From a virus (taxonomy: Duplodnaviria > Caudoviricetes): DNA of 64,000 nt. Where the stretch lies: positions 6,466 to 70,465 of the IMG/VR virus record IMGVR_UViG_3300033407_000008; one strand, 5' to 3'. This document shows, piece by piece, positions 1 to 9,046 of the stretch (positions are counted from its first letter, which is position 1; each line of letters starts with the position of its first letter). Below the pieces are notes generated by a model. It had not been told where the DNA came from. It searched no databases and worked only from the letters and a program-made list of their open reading frames with translations. A program made the position numbers and the translations under genes.

Positions 1-222
1 TACACGGCGGCAGGCCATCACCTCGACGACAGCCAGACGTCGTCTCTCTCGGTGGAGCGCCTCGCCGACGACGACAAGCTCACCATCGAGGTTCCCACCA
101 CCGGGCCGGAGACCTTCAGCGTCAAGGAGCTCGCCGGCGGGCCCGAGGGTCTGGAGCTCAACGTACAGGGTCGGCCGCCGTTCGGCCCGCCCTTCGGCGC
201 CCCCGGCATGGCGCAGCCGTGA
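1..222 (+). CDS. Hypothetical protein, 5'-truncated by window edge
   Basis: Frame 1 open from base 1 (YTAAGHHLDD...GMAQP) to TGA at 220-222. Confidence 0.5.
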   Translation, partial: YTAAGHHLDDSQTSSLSVERLADDDKLTIEVPTTGPETFSVKELAGGPEGLELNVQGRPPFGPPFGAPGMAQP

Positions 223-270
223 TGGATCTGCAATGACGATGGGCAACGACGGCCGATAGGCCGCAAGGAG

Positions 271-705
271 GTGATCATGAGGTGGCGACACGCGGTTCTG
301 CTCGCGCTGGCGATGCTAGTGGTGCTCACGGCAGCGGGCTGTTCCATGCTAGACCGAGGCGTGGAACACGTCGGCGAGTGGCGCGAGACCCGAGTGGAGA
401 AGAACGAGCGTGGATGGCGGGCGCCGGACGGAGGGCTGTACGTCTGCGGCAAGCCTGTCGTGGATGTCCAGCTCAAGGGGCGGACCTGTGCCCTGGAGCT
501 CGCCCCCACCGTGAAGGACTGCCTGAACGACTTCGGCACTTGGTATCATTTCAGAGACGAGGACGGGCTTTCAGGGATATCCCGCCAGCCACTCTTCTCG
601 GTTTGCCAGGACGCCGAGGCAGGCCAGCACTTCAAGGACGCCGACGGAATTATCGTGGCTGGCGAGCAGGTGGTCTTGGACGCCGGGAACGGCGCCAGGG
701 ACTGA
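271..705 (+). CDS. Putative lipoprotein
   Basis: Basic N-terminus, hydrophobic stretch, lipobox AAG-C; AGGAGG RBS upstream. Confidence 0.65.
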   Translation: MIMRWRHAVLLALAMLVVLTAAGCSMLDRGVEHVGEWRETRVEKNERGWRAPDGGLYVCGKPVVDVQLKGRTCALELAPTVKDCLNDFGTWYHFRDEDGLSGISRQPLFSVCQDAEAGQHFKDADGIIVAGEQVVLDAGNGARD

Positions 706-744
706 GAATGACCGCGCCGCAAGGCGCACGAAAGGAGAACGACC

Positions 745-1167
745 ATGCGACCGAATGCCGCTCTGATCTGTCTCGTCCTGGCTGTCCTGGGCCTCACTCT
801 CGGTGGTTGTCCCATCACGGAGGAGACCACCAACATCACCGAGCCCCTCCCGCCCCCACCGGAGCCCCCGGCGAAGGTGACGTGCGCCGGCAGTGCCGCA
901 GCGAACGGGACGAGCATCGACTTCGTCGACCGTTCATCGATCGAACCGCCGGCCCAAGCAAGCCCAGGAGCTGTTCTGTGGGAGCTCCGGTCCGGGTCCG
1001 CGACCGTGGTCGGCTCACGGATCACCGACCTGCGCGGGAGAGGAAGCTTCGGGCCTGGGTTGGCCCCAGGCACCTACGCCGTGGATCAGCACGTCACGGC
1101 CAAGGACGGGACCTCAGCCGACTGCGCGTACCCCGGGCTTGAAGTTGATGACCCGGCGGAGTTCTGA
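745..1167 (+). CDS. Putative lipoprotein with Pro-rich linker
   Basis: Signal peptide ending LGG-C, PPPPEPP linker, AAGGAG RBS. Confidence 0.7.
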   Translation: MRPNAALICLVLAVLGLTLGGCPITEETTNITEPLPPPPEPPAKVTCAGSAAANGTSIDFVDRSSIEPPAQASPGAVLWELRSGSATVVGSRITDLRGRGSFGPGLAPGTYAVDQHVTAKDGTSADCAYPGLEVDDPAEF

Positions 1168-1511
1168 TGGCAACCCCCTTCGACCGTCCGGACGGAGCCG
1201 GCATGTCCCGGACGAAAATCACCGCCGCGCTGGCGCTCCTCGTCCCCATGGGCCAGCGCTATTTGGAATCCCGCGGCTGGCAGGTAGACGACCAGGTGGT
1301 CCGCGACGTCCTGATCCTCCTGGCGGGTCTCGCGGCCTGGTTCCTGCGTGCCGGGATGAAGGCCAAGGGCGTCGCGACCCCTGACCTCGGCCGCCTGTTC
1401 GACGGGTACGAACAGGCGTTCAGGCAGCGGGCCGCCCTCCAGGAGACGGTTCGTATTCTCCAGGCCGAAAACGCCGCGCTACGCGCCCGAGGGGAGGAGC
1501 CGTCGTCATGA
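1167..1511 (+). CDS. Small membrane protein, holin-like with C-terminal coiled coil
   Basis: Two hydrophobic segments (ITAALALLVP; VLILLAGLAAWFL) then heptad-like ALQETVRILQAENAAL. Confidence 0.45.
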   Translation: MATPFDRPDGAGMSRTKITAALALLVPMGQRYLESRGWQVDDQVVRDVLILLAGLAAWFLRAGMKAKGVATPDLGRLFDGYEQAFRQRAALQETVRILQAENAALRARGEEPSS

Positions 1512-2107
1512 GCCACCGGGCAGCCGCAGTCCTCCTCGTCGCGGGGCTGGTCTCCGGCGTACCGGCAGCCGCCCAGCCGATCCTGTTCTCCGAGGAGGAC
1601 CCATCGGGGTGCTACGCCTTCGAGGGGACAGAGAGGCTCAGGGGCGGCATAGAGTTTCCGGAGCAGGTCGCCCCGGTCTGGTTCTTCGTGTGCCCGTTCG
1701 GCCAGAGGCCGCTTCTCGAGCGGCCGGATCCTGAGGCGAAAAGTCCGCTCCAGGTCGTGTTGGAAGACCTTGCAAAGGACGCGCGAGATCCGGAGGCGGC
1801 CTGGTGGGCTGGGCAGCTTGCGACCTGGGACCCGCGGACGCTCCACGGCAACCTGTGCAAGGTGGTCGCCTACAGCCGTTCGATCGAAAAGTTCCAGGGG
1901 GATCCGAAGCCTGGCCGGAACCGCTCCGCAAAGGAGATCCAGGCGTACCTTCTTGACCTCACAGGACCGGGCCGGCCGCCGGAGGTGCAGCGCTTCCGCC
2001 CCATCGTCCAGAGCTGGAAGCCAAGGACGCTGAAGGCGTGGCACGATGGGGCGAAAAAGGTCTGGCCGGTGATCGCCCGCGTCGCCTGCCCAGAGCTCGA
2101 GCCGTGA
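1508..2107 (+). CDS. Secreted hypothetical protein
   Basis: Sec signal with AAA-Q cleavage; ATGA overlap with previous ORF. Confidence 0.65.
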   Translation: MSHRAAAVLLVAGLVSGVPAAAQPILFSEEDPSGCYAFEGTERLRGGIEFPEQVAPVWFFVCPFGQRPLLERPDPEAKSPLQVVLEDLAKDARDPEAAWWAGQLATWDPRTLHGNLCKVVAYSRSIEKFQGDPKPGRNRSAKEIQAYLLDLTGPGRPPEVQRFRPIVQSWKPRTLKAWHDGAKKVWPVIARVACPELEP

Positions 2108-2322
2108 CCGCCCCCTCTCCCACGATCCGCAAGTTCGTAGACCTCGCCGAGGTCTTCCCAGGGGACGACATCCGTCCTCTCCTGGTGCTCATGGAAGAGC
2201 GGCTGACCGGCGATTCCGCATGGGCGAGCCTGGCGATCTGGCTCGTGCGAACCAAGCTCGACGGGGCCGCGCGCGCCCGGCTGCGTGCCGAGCTGGACTC
2301 CCTGGACGGAAGTCGGACGTGA
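2104..2322 (+). CDS. Hypothetical protein
   Basis: GTGA-coupled 72-aa ORF (VTAPSPTIRKF...). Confidence 0.5.
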   Translation: MTAPSPTIRKFVDLAEVFPGDDIRPLLVLMEERLTGDSAWASLAIWLVRTKLDGAARARLRAELDSLDGSRT

Positions 2323-3680
2323 GCCTGCACCCCTGGGCGGCACAGGTGGTAGCGGTCCGGGCAGGTGCCGCCCCGCCCGTGATGCCGCTCTTGATCCCCC
2401 CGAGGCTCACGAAAAACCAGGCGGCTGGCCACGCCGCGCAGCTACTCGTGTGCTGCGAATACGCCCCGGAGGGTCACCCGCTCGGCGACGAGGCGTCGGC
2501 GTCGCGGGCCGCCGAGCTCCTGAGCGAGGGAATCGACAGGGAGCGCGCTGGCGGGCTCTTCGGCGGGGAGGGGCCGGCGTCCTATGCGCTCCAGCACTGC
2601 GCGGCGCGGGGGGTGGCCACCACGGCGCTGATCAGCCTTCATGCGCGGTACCCTGGCGCCGGTGCGATCGAGGAGGCGCTGCAGCGTGTTGCAGGGTGGT
2701 GGGCCGCGGTGATCTCGGGGGCACTCGAGCTCCGCGGCGTGACGGGGATCGTGCGCTGGCCGGGCGACCGCCAGAAGGGCCAGATGGCGGACGAAGAGGG
2801 TGGGAACGAAGCCCTCGGGCTGGACGTGGTGGCGGACTGGGCCGACCCGTTGCCGGCTGGACAGCTTCACCCTGATCTCCGCCTCCGGCTGCGGGAGACG
2901 CCGCCGGATCACCCGTATTTCACGACGCACCGGCAGACCCACGGCCTCCTGAGGGCCGAGCTTGCCGGCCCTGCCGGGCTCTTCCTGCGGCCGCTCGTGC
3001 CGCCGGATCGTCCCCGTGCCTTCGGGCGCCTCGATCACGAGGTGTACGTCTGCTACGACCCGCTCGGCACTCTCACGCCGGAGCTTCCCGCCAGTCTCGA
3101 CACGGACGGGAAAGATCAGGAGGTGGACCGCGTCGTTCGCTGGAACCGGGAGGCGCGCCTGTACCAGGTGGAGGTCGGCGCGGCCAAGATCCCGAAGGGC
3201 TTCACGGCCGAGTGGGAGATCCGAGAGGATCTCGCTGGCCGGCTGGTCCGGGTGGTGGCGCTCCACGGCGTCCAGGGTGTCCGGGCCGGCGAGATGATGC
3301 CTCACCCGGACGGGACCCGACCGACCGGAGGGGGGTGGCGTCTGCTCATGGGGCCGCAGACCGAGCCGTTCCCGCTCCCCTCTCTGGAGGCCGTGCATGC
3401 CGCTCTGGCGCTGAACGATGATCCCCCGCCACCGCCCCCACCCCCGGAGTTCCTGCCGCCGAGCATCATCACCTGGCCGAGGGTCAACCGCCCCGGAAGC
3501 AAGCTCCACTCGGTGGCCCTTCTCCGGGCCGCGGCCGTCCTCGCCGAGCGAGAGCTCGCCCGTGACCCGGTCGGTGGCACCGACAATCCGGAGCTCGCGC
3601 GGCTGGTGACGGTCTACCGCGATCGGTTCCGGCCGGCGGTGCTCCACGCGAGTGTCGGGCCTCCACTCCGCCGGTCATGA
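2319..3680 (+). CDS. Hypothetical protein (about 453 aa)
   Basis: GTGA-coupled long ORF with GC3-biased codons and poly-Pro hinge; no family recognised. Confidence 0.7.
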   Translation: MSLHPWAAQVVAVRAGAAPPVMPLLIPPRLTKNQAAGHAAQLLVCCEYAPEGHPLGDEASASRAAELLSEGIDRERAGGLFGGEGPASYALQHCAARGVATTALISLHARYPGAGAIEEALQRVAGWWAAVISGALELRGVTGIVRWPGDRQKGQMADEEGGNEALGLDVVADWADPLPAGQLHPDLRLRLRETPPDHPYFTTHRQTHGLLRAELAGPAGLFLRPLVPPDRPRAFGRLDHEVYVCYDPLGTLTPELPASLDTDGKDQEVDRVVRWNREARLYQVEVGAAKIPKGFTAEWEIREDLAGRLVRVVALHGVQGVRAGEMMPHPDGTRPTGGGWRLLMGPQTEPFPLPSLEAVHAALALNDDPPPPPPPPEFLPPSIITWPRVNRPGSKLHSVALLRAAAVLAERELARDPVGGTDNPELARLVTVYRDRFRPAVLHASVGPPLRRS

Positions 3681-4255
3681 ACGTCGGCCTGACCCTCAAG
3701 TCGATCCGCCTCCGGAACCGCCTCTTGAACCGGAGGGCCGTCGCCCTCCTCGTCTACGTGGCGGACGATCTCTCGATCGCCAGCGGCCGACCCCTGACGG
3801 TCTCCCGCGTGCCGCTCGGGCCGCTCCAACCCGGGACCGCGCTGGTCTACGAAGGCCTCGGCCTGCTGCTCGTGCCGCCCCGAGAGGTCGGCTCCGCCAT
3901 CATCTGGCGGGTGGAGCTCTGGCAAGGCGAGGAAGCGCGGCACCAGGTCGAGCGCTGGCTCTCCGACCTCGTTTGCTCGATCACCCTGTCCGATCCGCTG
4001 GTCCGTTCGCTCGCCGCGGCTCCCCCGGATCTCCCGGGCGCCGAGCTTGCCCTGGGTAAGATCGCCGGCAGGATGGGCCACGCGCTTTCGGGTGCCGGGG
4101 ACGAGCGCCTGGAAGTCTGGCCCGGTTCGCTCCGGTGCTCCCAGGTCGAGGACCTGACCGGGAGCGTTTTCCGCCAGGTGAGCTACCACGCGGAGATCGA
4201 GCTCGGCATCCTCGTCACCGAGGGCGAGGGCCCTCAGGCAGCGGACGTCGAGTAG
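3677..4255 (+). CDS. Hypothetical protein
   Basis: ATGA-coupled 192-aa ORF; no family recognised. Confidence 0.65.
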   Translation: MNVGLTLKSIRLRNRLLNRRAVALLVYVADDLSIASGRPLTVSRVPLGPLQPGTALVYEGLGLLLVPPREVGSAIIWRVELWQGEEARHQVERWLSDLVCSITLSDPLVRSLAAAPPDLPGAELALGKIAGRMGHALSGAGDERLEVWPGSLRCSQVEDLTGSVFRQVSYHAEIELGILVTEGEGPQAADVE

Positions 4256-4326
4256 GCAGGCCCACCACTTCAACAGCCCGCGGACCACCCGCCGGAGACG
4301 CGGTCTGCTTCGTCTCCTGAGACCCC

Positions 4327-4354
4327 TTGACTCTGCCCCCGAATCAGGTACACT
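4327..4354 (+). promoter_or_regulatory. Sigma70-type promoter
   Basis: TTGACT-N16-TACACT followed by AAAC; near-identical to 8977 and 27896. Confidence 0.7.
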
Positions 4355-4410
4355 AAACCAACCGGCACCGCACAGACCGCCGGCCTGAACCAGCAAAGGA
4401 GGTCACGCAC

Positions 4411-5013
4411 ATGACCCGCAGAGAGAGGAAGGAACGGCGCGCCGAGAGCCGCCGGGAATGGGCCGAGGGCCGCGAGCAGAAGGCCGCCGCCCTCGAACGC
4501 CAGAACGAGCCCTTCCGGGGCGACTACGCCTTCAACACGCAGCCCGGGCACATCCCGGAGCGCGCCCGCGCCAACCGCCGAAGCGAGAGGGCCTTCGAGC
4601 ACCAGAAGATGGCGGCGCACCACCGGGAGCGCGCCGCGGGGATCGAAGACCAGCTCGACCGCACTGTCTTCAGCGATGACGAGGACGCCGTCGAGCGCCT
4701 GGAGGCCCGGATCGCCGAGCGGGAGGCGGAACGGGAGAAGCGGAAGGCCGCGAACGCGGCGTGGAGGAAGGCCGGGAAGCCGGGCCTCAACGGCACCGAC
4801 GAAGACCGCGCTGGCTGGGAAAAGGTCGCCGCCGCCATCGGCGCTGCGTGGGCGGCGAACGCCCGCCGGGGGCTCATGCACCAGGGGCGAAGTGATAGCG
4901 GCACCTGGGTGCCCTACTCCTGGGCCAAGCCCTTCGACCTGACGAACCTCGGAGCCAGCATCCGGCGGGATCAGAAGCGGCTCGAGGAGCTTCGCCAGGC
5001 GGCCGCGTCATGA
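4411..5013 (+). CDS. DUF3560-family protein
   Basis: FNTQPGHIPERAR, SDDEDAVERLEARIAE and LTNLGASIRRDQKRLEEL motifs; AGGAGG RBS. Confidence 0.75.
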   Translation: MTRRERKERRAESRREWAEGREQKAAALERQNEPFRGDYAFNTQPGHIPERARANRRSERAFEHQKMAAHHRERAAGIEDQLDRTVFSDDEDAVERLEARIAEREAEREKRKAANAAWRKAGKPGLNGTDEDRAGWEKVAAAIGAAWAANARRGLMHQGRSDSGTWVPYSWAKPFDLTNLGASIRRDQKRLEELRQAAAS

Positions 5014-5047
5014 TGGAGTCGGGGGTTCGGGTGCGAGAGGAGATCCG

Positions 5048-6028
5048 GTGAGCGGACAGCCCCTCAGGATTGCCCGGGACGCGCCCTTCCCGTGGTTCGG
5101 CGGCAAGCGCCGGGTCGCGCCCATCGTCTGGCGGGCGCTCGGAGACGTGCGCGGCTACGTCGAGCCCTTCGCCGGCTCGCTCGCCGTCCTGCTACAGCGC
5201 CCCGGCGAGAGCTTCGGCGTCGAGACGGTGAACGACAAGGACGCCTACGTCGCGAACTTCTTCCGGGCCTTGCAGCACGCTCCGGATGAGGTCGCCCGGT
5301 ACGCCGACTCGCCAGTGAACGAATGCGACCTCTTCGCCCGCCACCTGTGGCTCGTCAACACCGGCCGCGAACGAATCGCGGCCCTGGAGTCTGACCCGGA
5401 CCACTTCGACGCCAAGGTCGCCGGCTGGTGGGTCTGGGGTGTCTGCGCCTGGATCGGCTCGGGCTGGTGCAGCGGGAAGGGGCCGTGGCAACTCCCCCAC
5501 CTCGGCGACCCAGGCCGGGGCGTCAACCGGAAACTCCCCCACCTCGGCGACCCAGGCCGGGGTTACGTGCGCACCGAAGCGGTCTACGAATGGATGAACG
5601 GGCTCGCCGCCCGCCTTCGCCGCGTTCGCGTCTGCTGCGGTGACTGGTCGCGGGTGGTGACGCCGAGCGTGCTCCGCGGTGGCGGCTACCCTTGCGGCGT
5701 CTTCCTCGACCCGCCCTATGAGACGGGCGGGGAGAACTACTCAACCGGCGGTGAGGGGATCGCCGCGAAGGTCCGCGAGTGGGCGCTCGAGCACGGCTCC
5801 GATCGTCGGCTGAGGATCGTCCTCTGCGGCTACGACGGGGAGGGGGACATGCCAGGGGACTGGCACTGCCACGGGTACTCGGCGACCGGCGCCTACGTTG
5901 GCAAGGGAGCGACCGCCCAAGAAAACCGCCACAGGGAGCGGCTCTGGTTCTCTCCGCACTGCCTGCCGATCGACCTTCGGCACGTCGCGACCGCCGCCGG
6001 GCCGCTTTTCCAGGAGCCCAGCGCGTGA
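5048..6028 (+). CDS. Dam-like (D12 class, alpha) DNA adenine methyltransferase
   Basis: PWFGGK, YVEPFAGS (motif I), NDKD, FLDPPY (motif IV). Confidence 0.9.
   Translation: MSGQPLRIARDAPFPWFGGKRRVAPIVWRALGDVRGYVEPFAGSLAVLLQRPGESFGVETVNDKDAYVANFFRALQHAPDEVARYADSPVNECDLFARHLWLVNTGRERIAALESDPDHFDAKVAGWWVWGVCAWIGSGWCSGKGPWQLPHLGDPGRGVNRKLPHLGDPGRGYVRTEAVYEWMNGLAARLRRVRVCCGDWSRVVTPSVLRGGGYPCGVFLDPPYETGGENYSTGGEGIAAKVREWALEHGSDRRLRIVLCGYDGEGDMPGDWHCHGYSATGAYVGKGATAQENRHRERLWFSPHCLPIDLRHVATAAGPLFQEPSA
5490..5562 (+). repeat. In-frame 31-bp direct repeat, 42-bp period (LPHLGDPGRG x2)
   Basis: AACTCCCCCACCTCGGCGACCCAGGCCGGGG at 5490-5520 and 5532-5562. Confidence 0.9.
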
Positions 6029-6088
6029 CCCTACCCGCCGTCTGCGCCCTGTCCATGAGATCGAGTTGATCATGCCAATAAAGGAGAA

Positions 6089-6373
6089 ATGATGGTGCGA
6101 CCCAGGAAGACGACCATGACCTCGAAGCTGATCCTGTGGGTCAGCCCGGAGATGCTTGACGAGATCGACGCCTGCGCTGCCCTGGTCGAAGCTCAGACGC
6201 AGCGAGGGAAGGCCCGGCGCTGGACCCGGGCCGAATTCGTCCGGGAGGCCGTCCGCGTCGCCTGCCGGGATCTGCGGGCCGGGAAGTTCTTCCCGCGGGC
6301 CAACGCCGACCGGGAGGACGAGGTCCCGATCTACTCCGTCCACAGACCGACGAAGCCAGGAGACCGCACATGA
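6089..6373 (+). CDS. Ribbon-helix-helix-like DNA-binding protein
   Basis: LILWVSPEMLDEIDA ... TRAEFVREAV pattern; AAGGAG RBS. Confidence 0.55.
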   Translation: MMVRPRKTTMTSKLILWVSPEMLDEIDACAALVEAQTQRGKARRWTRAEFVREAVRVACRDLRAGKFFPRANADREDEVPIYSVHRPTKPGDRT

Positions 6374-6816
6374 GCCAACCATCCTCGACCACCCTCTACA
6401 CCGCCGGCTACGCCCGCGCGGGCTGGGATCCCGAGTCGCTGCTTGAGCGAGCCAAGGAGCTCGACGCCCTACTCGTCGACATTCGACTCTCGCCCAAGTC
6501 CCGCATCCCCGAGTGGCGCAAGTCCTACCTCGCCGCCCTGTGGGGCCGACGCTACTGGCACTGCCACGACCTCGGGAACGTCAACTACAAGGGCGGTCCG
6601 ATCGTGCTCCAGAACCCCGAGACGGGCGTCCGTTGCATGCTCGAGATCCTCGAGAGGCAGAGCGTCATCCTCCTCTGCGTCTGCGCCGACGTCGCCCGCT
6701 GCCATCGGGTGACGGCCGCCGCCGCGGTCGCCAACGCCTCGCCTCGTCCCCTCCAGGTGGTCCACCTCGTGCCCGAACGGGGCGAGGACCCGGATCAGCT
6801 CAGGATCGGAGGCTGA
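6370..6816 (+). CDS. DUF488-family protein
   Basis: LYTAGY, LVDIRLSP, LGN, LLCVC...CHR motifs. Confidence 0.8.
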   Translation: MSQPSSTTLYTAGYARAGWDPESLLERAKELDALLVDIRLSPKSRIPEWRKSYLAALWGRRYWHCHDLGNVNYKGGPIVLQNPETGVRCMLEILERQSVILLCVCADVARCHRVTAAAAVANASPRPLQVVHLVPERGEDPDQLRIGG

Positions 6817-6818
6817 GC

Positions 6819-7037
6819 GTGGATCTGCGAGAGCTCGAGGTGCTCGACGTCGAGGAGTTGCTACGGGTCAGCAGCACCGCCCTCTCGGTCGCCGGCCGCA
6901 AGCTCGACGCCGGGGACGGCCGCGACCGGCGGGAGGCAGTCCGGTGCCGGGCGCTGGCCGCCGAAGTGCGGTCGCTCCGGGAGCCCAGGGTGACGGTGGC
7001 CTCGCTACCGACGCTCATCGGTCTCGACGTGCCGTGA
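6819..7037 (+). CDS. Hypothetical protein
   Basis: GTG start with GGAGG RBS; GTGA overlap with MTase. Confidence 0.5.
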   Translation: MDLRELEVLDVEELLRVSSTALSVAGRKLDAGDGRDRREAVRCRALAAEVRSLREPRVTVASLPTLIGLDVP

Positions 7038-8980
7038 ACTGGCGCATCATCCAAGCCGACGCCATGGAGGGACTCCGCTCCCTGCCAGACGGGTCGGTCC
7101 ACTGCGTCGTGACCTCGCCGCCCTATTGGGGGCTCCGGGACTACGGGACCGGCGCGTGGGACGGCGGCGATCCGGCGTGCCCGCACCGGGTAGGCGGGCA
7201 AGTCGAAGACTCCAAGGCCCCCGGCGCCATCGCGTCTGGAGTGCGACCGGGAGCCGACGCTTCGACGTGTCGCGACTGTGGCGCTCGGCGAGTAGACCAA
7301 CAGCTCGGCCTCGAACGGACGCCGGAAGAGTACGTCGAGCGCATGGTCGAGGTCTTCCGGGAGGTGCGGCGAACTCTACGTTCGGACGGCATCCTGTTTC
7401 TCAATCTCGGGGATTCGTATTCTGCGAGAGAGTATGGTAGAATACATGGCGATGAGATCGACTCCTTCCTCAACCTCCCGATGGAAGTACGGCGACAACT
7501 GTTCGGCCTGTGGCGGAGATCTCTCCCAAGGTCGGTGTCGCGGGATGTGCGCGACCTGCTACCAGAGGGAGTGGAAGAAGAAGAACCCGGAACGAACCAG
7601 CGCCCACGGGAAGACGTATTACCGTCGCACGAAGACGGAGTTTTTGCGCCGGCAGGCGGAGAGGAACAAGAGACGCAGGGCCAAAATGATCGAGAAGCTC
7701 GGCGGGGTGTGCGCCTGCTGCGGCGAGACAGAGCCGATGTTTCTTTGCCTGGACCATATCAAGGGCGGTGGGCGCCGGGAATATGCGAAGAAAGGCGGGT
7801 CAGCGGGGGTTTGGAAGCGCGCGATCCGGGACGGACTAGATCGGAAGAAGTACCGGGTGCTGTGCTGGAACTGCAACGCCGCGCTTGGTCTCTATGGGAG
7901 GTGTATTCACTCGAACTTGACCTCGCCGACGTTCCACGGGAAGCACGCAGCCTATTTCACGTAACGCTCAAGCCCAAAGACCTAGTCGGCATCCCCTGGC
8001 GAGTCGCGTTCGCCCTCCAGGCGGACGGCTGGTATCTACGCAGCGACATCATCTGGGCGAAGCCCAATCCGATGCCGGAGAGCGTCCGGGACCGGCCGAC
8101 GAAGGCTCACGAGTACCTGTTCCTGCTCACGAAGTCGGAGCGCTACTACTTCGACGCCGAGGCCGTGCGGGAGGGTGACGTCGGGACCGACCACCCGCGA
8201 AACGTGCTCGACCAACCGGAGCCCTCGGGCGGCATCCTGCCGGCCCACAAGGGGATCCGGAAGGCCGCCGGCCGGAACGGCCACGGCAGGAACATCCGCT
8301 CGGTCTGGACGATTGCGACGCACCCTTTCCCGGAGGCCCACTTCGCGACCTTCCCGCCGGAGCTACCGCGGCGCTGCATTCTCGCCGGGACCTCGGAACG
8401 GGGGTGCTGTCCGGAGTGCGGGGCGCCTTGGGAGCGACTGGTCGACGTCGAGTACGACAACCCCGGCAACCGCTCGACGAACGGGCCGCGGAGCAAGGAT
8501 CGTCGGCACCTTGACCACGGGTCCGCCGGCTACGCGGTTCGCCTGGAACGTCGATCGACGTTCCACGGCTGGCGCCCGACCTGCGACCACTACGACGACC
8601 GCTACCGCACGGAGCTTCCGCGTGCCCGGCGAGCCCGGAAGCGTCACCAGCGCGCAGCTACCGGCGATTGGTGGAGGCGGGCGCGGCGCCGGCCGGGGCT
8701 CGACTCCTGGTCGGCCGTCCCTTGCACCGTCCTCGATCACTTCACCGGCTCAGGCACCACCGGCAAGGTCGCGGTCCAGCTCGGCCGGAACTTCATCGGG
8801 ATCGAGCTGTCACCCGAGTACGCCGCGATGGCCGAGCGTCGAATCGGGGAGGCGGACGTGAGCTCGGTTCTGGAGCGCGGCGGTAAGCTCAGGCCGATCG
8901 GTGGACCGCTGTTCGAGGACACGGCGGGCGAACGGCACCAGAAAGAGACCCCGAAGGAAGAAGCCTCCGTAGACCCTTGA
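7034..8980 (+). CDS. Beta-class N4C/N6A DNA methyltransferase with ~180-aa insertion and Zn-ribbon insertion
   Basis: VTSPPYWGLRDY (motif IV), NLGDSY, KPKDLVGIPWRVAFAL, IIWAKPNPMPES, HFATFP, LDHFTGSGTT (motif I), FIGIEL. Confidence 0.9.
   Translation: MNWRIIQADAMEGLRSLPDGSVHCVVTSPPYWGLRDYGTGAWDGGDPACPHRVGGQVEDSKAPGAIASGVRPGADASTCRDCGARRVDQQLGLERTPEEYVERMVEVFREVRRTLRSDGILFLNLGDSYSAREYGRIHGDEIDSFLNLPMEVRRQLFGLWRRSLPRSVSRDVRDLLPEGVEEEEPGTNQRPREDVLPSHEDGVFAPAGGEEQETQGQNDREARRGVRLLRRDRADVSLPGPYQGRWAPGICEERRVSGGLEARDPGRTRSEEVPGAVLELQRRAWSLWEVYSLELDLADVPREARSLFHVTLKPKDLVGIPWRVAFALQADGWYLRSDIIWAKPNPMPESVRDRPTKAHEYLFLLTKSERYYFDAEAVREGDVGTDHPRNVLDQPEPSGGILPAHKGIRKAAGRNGHGRNIRSVWTIATHPFPEAHFATFPPELPRRCILAGTSERGCCPECGAPWERLVDVEYDNPGNRSTNGPRSKDRRHLDHGSAGYAVRLERRSTFHGWRPTCDHYDDRYRTELPRARRARKRHQRAATGDWWRRARRRPGLDSWSAVPCTVLDHFTGSGTTGKVAVQLGRNFIGIELSPEYAAMAERRIGEADVSSVLERGGKLRPIGGPLFEDTAGERHQKETPKEEASVDP
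7434..7964 (+). CDS. HNH/EndoVII-type endonuclease nested in the +1 frame of the MTase
   Basis: CSACG...CATC Zn motif, K/R-rich helix, CACCG...LCLDHIKGGG...VLCWNCNAALG; lower GC than flanks. Confidence 0.8.
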   Translation: MVEYMAMRSTPSSTSRWKYGDNCSACGGDLSQGRCRGMCATCYQREWKKKNPERTSAHGKTYYRRTKTEFLRRQAERNKRRRAKMIEKLGGVCACCGETEPMFLCLDHIKGGGRREYAKKGGSAGVWKRAIRDGLDRKKYRVLCWNCNAALGLYGRCIHSNLTSPTFHGKHAAYFT

Positions 8981-9004
8981 CTTCCGCCGCGAGCCAGGTA
9001 TACT
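8977..9004 (+). promoter_or_regulatory. Sigma70-type promoter
   Basis: TTGACT-N16-TATACT-AAAC; -35 overlaps the MTase stop codon. Confidence 0.7.
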
Positions 9005-9046
9005 AAACGCAGCAGTGAACCAGCAACCGCACAAGGAGGACGGACG

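Noticed and set aside
7419-7964. Intein or self-splicing intron as the explanation of the MTase insert
   Set aside because: No C/S start or HN-C/S/T end in the MTase frame and no group II domain V or group I core recognised; not fully excluded without a covariance search
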